Below the pieces are notes generated by a model. That model was not told the origin of the DNA. It ran no database searches and saw only the letters and a program-made list of their open reading frames with translations. Shown here piece by piece: positions 12,201 through 24,600 of a DNA stretch of 64,000 nt (positions are counted from its first letter, which is position 1; every line of letters begins with the position of its first letter). Position numbers and translations under genes: made by a program. The stretch covers positions 372,001 through 436,000 of the forward strand of contig JAPDFW010000058.1 of assembly GCA_028826165.1 (NCBI GenBank), given 5' to 3'. The stretch comes from Anaeramoeba ignava BMAN. Its lineage: Eukaryota; Protista; Anaeramoebae.

Positions 12201-15200
12201 TAAATTGTTTTAAATTAAATTGTTTTAAATTAAATTGTTTTAAATTAAATTGTTTAAATTAAATTGTTTTTAAATTAAATTGTTTTAAATTAAATTGTTT
12301 TTAATTAAATTATTTTAATTAAATTATTTTTTAATTAAATTGTTTTTAATTAAATTGTTTTAAATTAAATTGTTTTTAATTAAATTATTTTTAAATTAAA
12401 TTGTTTTTAATTAAATTATTTTAAATTAAATTGTTTTTAATTAAATTATTTTAAATTAAATTGTTTAAAAATTATTTAAATTAAATTATTTTAAATTAAA
12501 TTGTTTTAAATTAAATTATTTAAATTAAATTGTTTTAAATTAAATTATTTTAAATTAAATTATTTTAAATTAAATTGTTATAAATTAAATTGTTTTAAAT
12601 TAAATTATTTTAAAAAAAATTATTTTTTTTTTAAAATTTTTTAGTCAAGAATTACTTCAACAAAGTATTGAACTCCAAAAAAAAAGAACTTCAGAAGTTC
12701 AAAATCAAGAAATTGATGCTTTAAAACAAACAATTCAATTAAATAGTGAAAATGATACTCTTAAAGATATGGAAATTAGAAATCTTAATGATAGAAATGA
12801 ACAATTAGTTTCTGAAAACCAAGAATTAACTTCTCAATATGAAGAAATTTCTTCACAACTTGAACAACTCAAAGAAGCATATTCCCAAGAAAAATATCAA
12901 AATAACCAGAAATTAGAAAATTTATCTTCTCAAAACGAAGAATTATCAAACCAATTAAATTCTTTATTCCAAGAAAACCAACAACTACAAGAAACAATCG
13001 AAAATATTAATCAAAAATTATCTCAAAAAAAACAAAAATATCAAAAAAACAAAAACGATTTATTTTCTCAAATCCAACAATTAACTTCCCAAAACGAAGA
13101 ATTATCAGCTCAATTTGATTTATTGAAAACTAATCATGATAAATTAGATCAAGAAAATGAAAATTTATCTTCTATGATTGAAGAACAAACTCAATATCTT
13201 GAAAAACAAAAACAAATTGCTCTTAAACTCCAAAATTTATTGGAACAAAACAAAAAGAAAACAGAAATATTGGAACAAGATAATGACGAAAAAGATCAAC
13301 AACTTGAACAGCAAAATCTTGAAAACAACGAAATTACTGAATCCATAACATCTGCTCTTCAAAAATTGGAAAATTACACTCAAATCATTCAAGAAAAAAA
13401 TGAGAAAATTAGAGAAAAAGAACAAGAATTCCAAAATCTTCAAGATCAAGCCCAAAAAATGCAAAAAGAAATTGAAAACTTATCCCAAAAAGCAAATCAA
13501 ATGGAAAATGAAGATTCTTCAAAAATAGAATCCATTTCTCTTCTTCAAAATGATCTTGAATCCAAAAACAAAGAAATTGAAAATCTTAATTCACAAATAA
13601 ACGATTTGAATCAAGAAAAACAAAATTTAAAAAATGAGATTGCTCAATTAAATGAAAATAATAAAGAATTTGAAAATCAAAACAACCAAATTTCTGGATC
13701 ATTAGAAAATATGAAACAAGAATTCCAAGAAACATATCAAGAACTCCAAAAAGTAATTCTTGAATACAAACAACAAGCTTTGAATGACAATCAACAAATT
13801 GAAAACCAACTGCAAAATATTGCCAAATTAGAAAAAGATAACCAATTATTGAGCGAAAATTTGAAACAAATTGAAAATCAAGAAAATTCTCAATTCCAAA
13901 ATTTACAATCAAAAATCAAGAAGAATGAAGAAAAGAAAAAAGAATTAAAACAACAAATCGAAAAATTACAAAATCAAAACGAACAAACAAAACAATCATT
14001 GATGAAATTAGAAAAACAAGTAGGACATTTAAAAGTGGAAAACCAAAATTTAATGAGAGTTAAAGAACAATTATTAAATCTTAAAAATCAAAACGAATCA
14101 ACAATCAAAGAATATCAACAATCACATGAAAAAGCACAACAATATATTAACGAACTTAAACAAAATCAAACTCATGTTTTCACAAACAGTGAAAGACAAA
14201 AACAAGATTTATTAGATCTAGCTCAAGAAAGAGAAGGTCTTGAAAATGAGATTAATAAACTAAAAGATATGAATCGCCAAAAACAAAATGAGATTAATTC
14301 ATTGCAATCTGAACTTATTGAAGCCAAAAATAAAATTGATGAGTTGAATGAAAATATACAACAACTTGCAAATGAATATACCTCAAAAATACAAGAAATT
14401 GTTGGTCTTTCACAAACTACAACATTAAATCAAAATGGATGGGAAAATCAACAAAATCAAATGAAAGAATTTTTCAATTCTCAAATTGAAAAACTTCAAA
14501 AAAAACTGAATAAAAATGCCAAATTAATTGATGAATTACGCAAAGAAATTGAAAACAAAGATCTCGAAATTATGCAATCAAAGAAAGATATTACTAATTT
14601 AAAAATGGCTGAAAGTCAGAATAATGAATATTATGAACAAGCTATTGATGAACTAAATTCCAAAATTGCAGAAAAAGAATCCATTTTAAGAAACTTAAAT
14701 TTTGAAAGTGATAAAGCTCTTCAAGAAAAAACATCAACAATCGCAGAAAATTATCAACAAGAACTTCAAGAAAGAGATTCATTACTTAATATTATCAACG
14801 ATAAATTACAGCAAATTGTTTCTGATCCAAATTTATTAAGAAGTGATTTAATGAACCAGCAATTCAAAGGTTTATCTTCAAATTTTATTCTTTTGAAAAC
14901 AAATATTTTACAAAAAATTAATCATCTTTTGGATTATAAATTGGAATTGGAAAGAAAGAAAAAAGAAATTGATAATAAATTGAGCAAATTTTCATCAACA
15001 GTGGATAATAAATTGAATGAACAAAAAAGAAAAAACGAAGAAAACGAAAAAAGAATCAAAGATTTAATGTCACATTTGAAAGCTTTAAGAGAACTTAATC
15101 AACAAAAAACCCAAGATTTAGTTTCTGCTCAAGACATGATTCAACATTTAGAATCAGAAAAAACACAAGCAGAAAGCACTATGCTATTATTATCACAAGA

Positions 15201-17379
15201 TGTTTCTTCCAAAACTAATAAACATGAAAATGCAATTCGAGAAATTAATTCATTGAAACAAACACGAAAATCACTTCAAGATAAAATTTTACAAATTGAA
15301 AAACATCTTAATGAAAAAATTGATAGTCAACAAGCTATTCTGAAAGAAAGAAATGAAATTGCTCAAGAAAATGAATCAATGCAAAAGGAAATTTCAAACT
15401 TGCAAAACGAATGCCAAAATTTACAAAGAGAATACACAAAAATTGAATCTGAAAGAGATGATTTATACAAACAATTAGCAAGTCTTCAAGAAGAAAAAGA
15501 GCAAATTGAAAGTGATTTTGAACAAAAAGAAGCAGATTATCAATCCAAAATTGATTATTTAAACAAAAAATATGAAGATCTTCGAAATGAACAAATATCA
15601 TATTCAAATCTTAATAAGGAAAATCAACAATTACTAAGAGATTTTAGAGAAATTCAAACTGAAAGAAATACTTTATATTCTGAAATTAAGCAATTACGCA
15701 AAGATAAAAGTGAACTTCAATCTGATATACAAAAATTGCAATTTCTTGTTAGAGATTCAAATAATTTGAAATCTGATTTAGAAAGTTTTCAAATTCAAAT
15801 CAAAATGAAAGAACAAGAATTGGAAGAAAAAGAAAATGAAATTTTAAAATTAAAAATGAAACAAAAACAAAATGAGAATTATGAATTGAAATTAAAAGAT
15901 GAAGAATTGGAAGAAAAAGAAAATGAAATTTTAAAATTAAAAATGAAAGAAAAACAAAATGAAAATGAAATTTTGAAATTAAAAATGAATGAACAAGAAT
16001 TACAAGAAAAGGAAAATGAAATTTATCAATTAAAAATGAATGAACAAGAATTACAAGAAAAGGAAAATGAAATTTATCAATTAAAAATGAATCAGAAACA
16101 AAATGAAAATGAAAATTATAAATTAAAAATGAATCAACAAGAATTACAAGAAAAACAAAATGAAATTAATTCATTAAATTGGAAATTGCAAAATCAACAA
16201 TCAAAATTAAAAGAATTAGATGAATTGAATCAAGATCTTGAAACAGAAAACAATAAACTAAATCAAGATATGAATGAATTACAAAAACAATTATCAATCG
16301 CAGAAAAAAAAATACAAGAAGCATTAAATCCTCTTCCAAATTCAACAATAGATTCAAATTCACAAAGAAGTCTTGATTTAAATTCAATTCAAAACCCAGA
16401 TTCTCAAAAAAAAGGAATTTTCTCAAATTTCAAATCAAAATTATCAACACTTAGTAAAGAAAACCAACCAAAATCAACTGAAATGAATTATTCATCTCCA
16501 ATTTATGCAGCAAATATTCAATCAAATCAAAAACCATATATTGAAAGAAAATCACCAACAATTCCAAATTATTCAATAACCAAAAATTTGAAAATTTCTC
16601 CAAAATTAAATGAAAATCCAAATCCTAAAAATTTGAATAATTATACACATCTTTATCCTAATAGTTTATCAAGCGTTCCATCAGAATTTGATAATTTATC
16701 CTTTCAATCTGATCTTGAAGAAGAAAAATTATTGGAAAGAACTCAAGGTTCACCATCAAAATTGGAGAACGAACTTGATAAGATAATTATAGATCAAGTT
16801 GAAAAAATGCAAAAAGTTATGAAAAAATCACATGATAAACTTGAAAAAAATCGATTGGATTACATAAAAGAACAAACAAAGAAATCAAAACCAGCAAATA
16901 TTATTAGACAAGCAAAATCAGCAATAACAGGAATAAATAAACCGTTAAGTAATTTATCAAATAAAAACAATTTGCAAAGAAATTTCAATCAAGAATTTCA
17001 ATCACCAAAAGCTATAAATCCAATTAGAAATCATTCAAATTTTAATTTCCAAACAGAAATTCCAAAAACAGAACCAAAAATCAAATTAAAACCTCTTTTC
17101 AACAAGAATTCTTTCCAAAATGATAATAATTTAAATCAAAATGATAATTTAATTTTAGAAAGTAATTCATTTAAAAGTGATGAATTTACAAGTAATTCTC
17201 CAATTCCAATTAGAATCAAAGAACAAAATGAACAAGAAAAAAAATATTTTCCTTTTCAATCAAATTTAAATTCAAAAACAAAAGAAATTGAAAATGATCC
17301 AATTGAAGAAATTTCAAAATTATCAAAAGGTTTAAATTTTTTACAAAATCAATTAAAACAGTATTCTAATAAGAAATAA
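9258..17379 (+). CDS. CM1-domain (centrosomin/CDK5RAP2/Mto1-type) coiled-coil protein, ~1705 aa; exons 9258-9347, 9604-9896, 12645-17379
   Basis: Spliced N-terminus reads SLKTQGN|TIEGLNKENFELKLKIYYLED, the CM1/gamma-TuNA motif. Both GT-AG introns keep frame into the 1536-aa coiled-coil ORF. Confidence 0.8.
9920..12610. repeat. Intronic satellite, 15-17-bp unit (TTTTAAATTAAATT[G/A])n
   Basis: Fills most of the 2.75-kb intron 9897-12644. Confidence 0.95.
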
Positions 17380-17399
17380 ATAAAAAATTTAAATTTTTA

Positions 17400-17742
17400 A
17401 TTTTGATTTTGATTTTGATTTTTAATTTTGATTTTTATTTTATTTTGATTTTAATTTTGATTTTGATTTTGATTTTGATTTTGATTTTCATTTTGATTTT
17501 AATTTTGATTTTGATTTTGATTTTCATTTTGATTTTGATTTTGATTTTGATTTTGATTTTTGATTTTGATTTTTATTTAAATTTTCATTTTCATTTTGAT
17601 TTTGATTTTTATTTTGATTTTGATTTTGATTTTGATTTTGATTTTGATTTTTATTTATTTTTATTTTGATTTTGATTTTGATTTTGATTTTTATTTTGAT
17701 TTTGATTTTGATTTTGATTTTGATTTTGATTTTGATTTTGAT
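17400..17742. repeat. (TTTTGA)n microsatellite between convergent 3' ends
   Basis: Hexamer run seen directly. Confidence 0.9.
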
Positions 17743-17749
17743 TAAATAA

Positions 17750-18073
17750 TTATAAATCTTGTAAATTTCTTTTCTTTTGTGGAGTAACATAAAAAACATT
17801 ATTCCCTCTAATAAAAATATCTGCATATTTATTTTTAAATTGTCCTTCAATCCATTCTTCAGCTTGTTCCAAGGAAATATTCATATATGCATCAAGACAT
17901 GCAAGAATTCCTTTTGTTTTATTTATTATTATTTATTTTCATTTAAGAAAGTAACAATTTAAAAAAATAATTTTAAAAAAAAAACCTTTATATTCAATAG
18001 AACTTGTTAATTTAACAATAACTGGTTTTCCAATAATATTTTTAAGGAAATCACTTGGAGATTTTGAAGTCAT
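17750..18073 (-). CDS. LSM6: U6 snRNA-associated Sm-like protein LSm6, 82 aa; intron 17911-17985
   Basis: Spliced translation MTSKSPSDFLKNIIGKPVIVKLTSSIEYKG-ILACLDAYMNISLEQAEEWIEGQFKNKYADIFIRGNNVFYV; not present in the ORF track. Confidence 0.9.
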
Positions 18074-18104
18074 TTTTATTTTTTAAAATGAAAAATGAAA
18101 AAAA

Positions 18105-18760
18105 TTAAAAAAATGAAAATAAATTTAAATTAATATTTATTAATAAAATATTTTTAAATATTATTTTTAAATTAAATTTATTATTTAATTCTTATATTTA
18201 TTATTTAAAAATAAATTAAATAAATTAATAAAAATAAAATTGGATAAAAAATTTAATTAAAATAAATTAAAAATGAAAATAAATTTAAATTAATATTTAT
18301 TAATAAAATATTTTTAAATATTATTTTTAAATTAAATTTATTATTTAATTCTTATATTTATTATTTAAAAATAAATTAAATTAATTAATAAAAATAAAAT
18401 TGGATAAAAATTTAATTTAAAAATAAAATAAAAATGAAAATAAATTTAAATTTATATTTATTAATAAAATATTTTTAAATATTATTTTTAAATTAAATTT
18501 ATTATTTAATTCTTATATTTATTATTTAAAAATAAATTAAATAAATTAATAAAAATAAAATCGGATAAAAAATTTAATTGAAAAATAAATTAAAAATGCT
18601 TTAAAAATAAATTTAAAATTAATATTAAATTTATTAATAAAATAGATTAAAATATTATTTTTTTAAAAAAATTGAAAATTTATTATTTAATTCTTATATT
18701 TATTTATTTATTTAAAATAAATTAAATAAAAATTAATAAAAAATAAAATAAATCTTTTAA
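18105..18760. repeat. Minisatellite, ~160-bp unit, about 4 copies
   Basis: aaaatgaaaataaatttaaattaatatttattaat at ~18111, 18271, 18431, with a degenerate fourth copy. Confidence 0.85.
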
Positions 18761-18764
18761 AAAA

Positions 18765-19150
18765 TGAATTGAAAAAAATTAAAAATATTTAAATTTCTTA
18801 TTAGTTTTGATTTAATATTTAATTTAAATTCTTTTTTAAAATTAATTGAATATTAAAAATTTGTTATTAAAATTTATTAAAATAGATTAATTTCCTTTTT
18901 AAAAAATGAAATGAAAAATTGTATTGAAAAATATATAAATTTCTTAATAGTTTTGATTTAATATTTAATTTAAATTCTTTTTAAAATTAGTTGAATATTA
19001 AATATTTATTATTAAAATTTATTAAAATAGATTAATTTCTTTTTAAAAAATAAATTAAAAAATTAAATTGAAAAATATTTAAATTTCTTAATAGTTTTGA
19101 TTTAATATTTAATTTAAATTCTTTTTTAAATTAATTGGATATTAAAAATT
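18765..19150. repeat. ~150-bp repeat family, block 1 (upstream of BTB-TLDc gene)
   Basis: aaatttcttaatagttttgatttaatatttaatttaaattcttttt unit; also at 20875-21390 and 25990-26460. Confidence 0.85.
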
Positions 19151-19266
19151 TATGATTATTTTGATAATTTTTCATTATTAAAAATCTGAAAAAAAAATAT
19201 TTAAAAAATTTATTTTCATTTTTTTTTTCATTTTTTTCATTTTCTTTTTCAAATTTTTTATTCAAA

Positions 19267-20745
19267 ATGATAAAATATTCAAATTTAGAAAAACTTTCAA
19301 ATGATTTAAAAAATTTATTTCAAAATCAAAATAAAAATGAAAAAGAAAGTTATTTTGATTTTGAAATAATTTGTGAACAAAATAAAACTTCATTTAAAAC
19401 TCATAAATCAATTCTTTCTTCAAGAAGTCAATATTTTAAATCTCTTTTCAAATCAAAAATGAAAGAATATCAAGAAAATAAATTAATTCTAAAAGATGTT
19501 TCAAGTTCAATTCTATTTCCAATTTTAAATTATCTTTATTCAGGAAAGATTAAAATTAATTCAGAAAATGCAATTCAAATTTTAATTTTTTCATCAAAAT
19601 ATTTAATTGATGATTTAATTAAAATTTGTTCAAATTTTATCAAAAAGAATTTACAATTTGAAAATGTTGTTGATATTCTTAAATTATCTGAATCAATGAA
19701 CTTAAATCAATTATTTGATTCTTCTTATCAATTTATTTCTGAAAATTTTGAAGAATTCATCAAAACTCCATTTTTTCTTGAACTTGAAGAAAATCGTTTA
19801 AATTCAATATTATCAAATAATTTTATTGATACAGATGAATTCGAAATTTTTGAATCAATAATAAAATGGGGAAAACATAAATTAAATATTAATCAAGAAA
19901 AAGATAATCAAAAACTGAATAAAGAAGAAAAAGAAAAAATTCAAGATCAAATTTTAAATGTTATTGAAAAAATAAGATTTATTCATTTTTCACAAGAAGA
20001 ACTTGAATATACTTTGAAAGAAGATTTAATTCCAAATCAATATCTTCGGGAATTAGTTCATTTTTTATTGTTACGAAATAAAGAAAATGAAAATGAATTA
20101 GAAGAATTTATTGAAAAAGAAAATCAAATCCAAAATTCATTCATTTTCAAACCAAGATTCGGTTTAAATTTTTCAGAAATAATACAAGAAAAAGAAGATT
20201 TCAAGAAAATAAAAGAATGGATAAATGATAATGAATTCTTTTACAGAATGGGATTAGGATTTTCAGCAGAAAGAGATGGATTTAATTCTTTCGAATGGCA
20301 TAAAAAATGTGATGAAAAAGGAAAAACATTAGTTATTATCAAAACCAAAGATAATTTTATTTTTGGAGGATTTACTTCAGTTGGATTTACAACTGATAAA
20401 TCAAAATGGAGAAAAGAAAATAGGGAAGATGAAGATGGATATATTCCAGATCCAAATGCATTTATTTTTTCATTAAGAAATGATAAGGATAATAGAGTTC
20501 CAGTGAAATTTCCAATTAAAAAAGATGAAGAAGAAAATGCAATTTTTTATCAAAAAATTAGTGGTCCAAATTTTGGAAATCGAGATTTTTATTTATTTCC
20601 TAATTTATATAAAATCGATTCTAATTTTGGTTCTACTTATAAACTTCCTTATGGAATTAAATATGGAACAAAAAAAGCTAAAAGTTATTTAGCTGGTTCT
20701 TATGATAAATTGATTGTTGATGAACTTGAAACTTTTTTCATTTAA
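19267..20745 (+). CDS. BTB/POZ-BACK-TLDc protein
   Basis: DFEIIC...FKTHKSILSSRSQYFKSLF (BTB), BACK helices, and TLDc motifs RDGF..FEWHKKCD.KGKTLVIIKT..FIFGGFT, AFIFSL, GPNFG, ELETF. Confidence 0.92.
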   Translation: MIKYSNLEKLSNDLKNLFQNQNKNEKESYFDFEIICEQNKTSFKTHKSILSSRSQYFKSLFKSKMKEYQENKLILKDVSSSILFPILNYLYSGKIKINSENAIQILIFSSKYLIDDLIKICSNFIKKNLQFENVVDILKLSESMNLNQLFDSSYQFISENFEEFIKTPFFLELEENRLNSILSNNFIDTDEFEIFESIIKWGKHKLNINQEKDNQKLNKEEKEKIQDQILNVIEKIRFIHFSQEELEYTLKEDLIPNQYLRELVHFLLLRNKENENELEEFIEKENQIQNSFIFKPRFGLNFSEIIQEKEDFKKIKEWINDNEFFYRMGLGFSAERDGFNSFEWHKKCDEKGKTLVIIKTKDNFIFGGFTSVGFTTDKSKWRKENREDEDGYIPDPNAFIFSLRNDKDNRVPVKFPIKKDEEENAIFYQKISGPNFGNRDFYLFPNLYKIDSNFGSTYKLPYGIKYGTKKAKSYLAGSYDKLIVDELETFFI

Positions 20746-20874
20746 AAAAATTTCAAAATTCAATTCATTTTTCATTTACTTTCAATCAAATTAAATTCTT
20801 CAAATTAATAAATAAGAAAACAAATCCAATTATAAATAATTTCAAATAAATTTAAAAATGTGATTAAAAATTTT

Positions 20875-21390
20875 AAAAAATGAATTGAAAAATTTAATTG
20901 AAAAATATTTAAATTTCTTATTAGTTTTGATTTAATATTTAATTTAAATTCTTTTTTAAAATTAATTGAATATTAAATATTTATTAGTAAAATAGATTAA
21001 AATAGATTAATTTCTTTTTAAAAAATGAATTGAAAAATCGAATTAAAAAATATCTAAATTTCTTAATATTTTTAATTTAATATTAAATTTAAATTCTTTT
21101 TTAAAATTAGTTGAATATTAAATATTTATTATTAAAATTTATTAAAATAGATTAATTTCCCTTTTAAAAAATAAATTAAAAAATTGAATTGAAAAATATT
21201 TAAATTTCTTAATAGTTTTGATTTAATATTTAATTTAAATTCTTTTTTAAAATTAATTGGATATTAAATATTTATTATTAAAATTAATTAAAATAGATTG
21301 ATTTCCTTTTTAAAAATAAATTAAAAAATTAAATTGAAAAATATCTAAATTTCTTAATAGTTTTGATTTAATATTTAATTTAAATTTTGT
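20875..21390. repeat. ~150-bp repeat family, block 2
   Basis: Same unit as 18765-19150, about 3.5 copies. Confidence 0.85.
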
Positions 21391-21619
21391 ATTTCTGATT
21401 ATTTCATAAATATTTCTATTATTATTCTTTATTATTCTTTATTTATTATCTTTAAAAAACAATTTTTCAATTTAATCTTCTTTTTAATAATATTTTTAAA
21501 TTAAAATTAAATTATTTATAATTGGATTTGTTTCCCTATTTATTTATTTGAAGAATTTAAATTGATTGAAAGTAAATGAAAATAAAATTGAATTTTGAAA
21601 AAAAAATGAAAAAAAGTTT

Positions 21620-24600
21620 TTAAATGAAATAAGTTTCAAGTTCATCAACAATCCATCCATTATAAGAACCAGCTAAATAACTTTTAGCTTCATTTGTGTA
21701 TTTTTTAATTCCATTAGGTAGATTATAACTAGTACCAAAATTTGAATAACCAGATTGTAAATCAGAATTTAAAAGAAAATCACCTATAAATATTTTAATA
21801 AAGATAAATAATTAATTTTAATAATAATTAATAATAATTTAATTTAAAATTAATTTTATTTTAAATTTAAATAATAATATTATTTATTATATTAATATTT
21901 TGGATTATTTATTATTTTAATTTTAATTATAATAATAAATATTTATTAAATATAAATTATTTACGAACTATTTTAATAAAGATAAATAATTTAATTTTTA
22001 ATAATAATTAATAATAATTTAATTTAAAATTAATTTTATTTTAAATTTAAAAATAATAATATTATTTATTATATTAATATTTTGGATTATTTATTAATTT
22101 AATTTTAATTATAATATTAAATATTTATTAATTATAAATTATTTACAATCTATTTTAATAAGAGATAAATAATTAATTTTAATAATAATTAATAATAATT
22201 AATAATAATTTTATTTTAAATTAAAATAATAATATTATTTATTATATTATTATTTTGGATTATTTATTATTTTAATTTTAATTATAATAATAAATATTTA
22301 TTAATTATAAATTATTTACAACCTATTTTAATAAAGATAAATAATTAATTTTAATAATAATTAATAATAATTTAATTTAAAATTAATTTTATTTTTAAAA
22401 TTTAAATAATAATATTATTTATTATATTAATATTTTGGATTATTTATTTATTTAATTTTAATTATAATATTAAATATTTATTAAATATAAATTATTTACC
22501 ATCTATTTTAATAAAGATAAATAATTAATTTTAATAATAATTAATAATAATTTAATTAAAAATTAATTTTATTTTTAAATTTAAAAATAATAATATTATT
22601 TATTATATTAATATTTTGGATTATTTATTAATTTAATTTTTAATTATAATAATAAATATTTATTAAATATAAATTATTTACCATCTATTTTTAATAAAGA
22701 TAAATAATTAATTTTTAATAATAATTAATAATAATTTATTTTAAAATTAATTTTATTTTAAATTGAAATAATATTATTTATTATATTAATATTTTTGGAT
22801 TATTTATTAATTTAATTTTAATTATAATAATAAATATTTATTAAATATAAATTATTTTACCATCTATTTTAATAAAGATAAAATAATTAATTTTTAATAA
22901 TAATTAATAATAATTTAATTTAAAATTTATTTTTATTTTTAAATTTAAATAATAATATTATTAATTATATTAATATTTTGGATTATTTATTAATTTAATT
23001 TTAATTATAATATTAAATATTTATTAATTATAAATTATTTTACCATCTATTTTAATAAAGATAAATAATTAATTTTAATAATAATTAATAATAATTTAAT
23101 TTAAAATTAATTTTATTTTTAAATTTAAATAATAATATTATTTATTATATTAATATTTTGAATTATTTATTTATTTAATTTTAATTATAATAATAAATAT
23201 TTATTAATTATAAATCATTTACCATCTATTTTAATAAAGATAAATAATTAATTTTATTTTAAAATTTAAATAATAATTTAATTTAAAATTAATTTTATTT
23301 TTAAATTTAAATAATAATATTAATTATTATTATATTAATATTTTTGGATTATTTATTAATTTAATTTTTAATTATAATAATAAATATTTATTAAATATAA
23401 ATTATTTTACCATCTATTTTAATAAAGATAAATAATTAATTTTAATAATAATTAATAATAATTTAATTTAAAATTTATTTTATTTTAAATTTAAATAATA
23501 ATATTATTAATTATATTATATTATTTTGGATTATTTATTAATTTAATTTTAATTATAATATTAAATATTTATTAATTATAAATTATTTTTACCATCTATT
23601 TTAATAAAGATAAATAATTAATTTTAAATAATAATTAATAATAATTTATTTTTTAAATTAATTTTATTTTTAAATTTAAATAATAATATTATTTATTATA
23701 TTAATATTTTGGATTATTTATTTATTTAATTTTAATTATAATAATAAATATTTATTAAATATAAATTATTTACTCCCTATTTTTAATAAAGATAAATAAT
23801 TAATTTTAATAATAATTAATAATAATTTATTTTAAAATTAATTTTATTTTAAAATTTAAATAATAATATTATTAATTATATTAATATTTTGGATTATTTA
23901 TTAATTTAATTTTAATTATAATAATAACTATTTATTAAATATAAATTATTTACAATCTATTTTAATAAAGATAAATAATTAATTTTAATAATAATTAATA
24001 ATAATTTATTTTAAAATTAATTTTATTTTAAATTGAAATAATAATATTATTTATTATATTAATATTTTGGATTATTTATTAATTTAATTTTAATTATAAT
24101 AATAAATATTTATTAAATATAAATTATTTATATTTACATCCTCCAAAACTTGGACCATAACTTAAACTATAATAAATTGCATTTTCTTCTCCTTGTTTAA
24201 TTATAAATTTCTTTGGTTTTCGATCATTTTTATCATTTCTTAATGAAAAAATAAATGCATTTGGATCAATAATATATCCATATCCATAATTTGGATAATC
24301 TAACTTTGAATCTAACTTTAAATCTGAATCTGACTCTGAATCTGAATCTGAATCTGAATCTGAATCATCTTCATTCCATTTTGATTTATCAGTTGTCCAT
24401 CCAACTTGAGTAAAACCTCCAAAAATAAAATTATCTTTTGTTTTGATAACAACTAATGTTTTTCCTTTATTATCAACTGCTTTATGCCATTTTTTAGAAT
24501 TAAATCCATCTCTTTTTGCTGAAAATCCTTTTTTCATTTTGGAAAAGAAATTATTATCATTTATCCATTCTTGTAATTTAATGATATATTCTTTTCCTTG

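Noticed and set aside
21784-24137. CRISPR interpretation of the 180-bp array
   Set aside because: Eukaryotic context, long AT-rich units and a variable part of only 3 nt.
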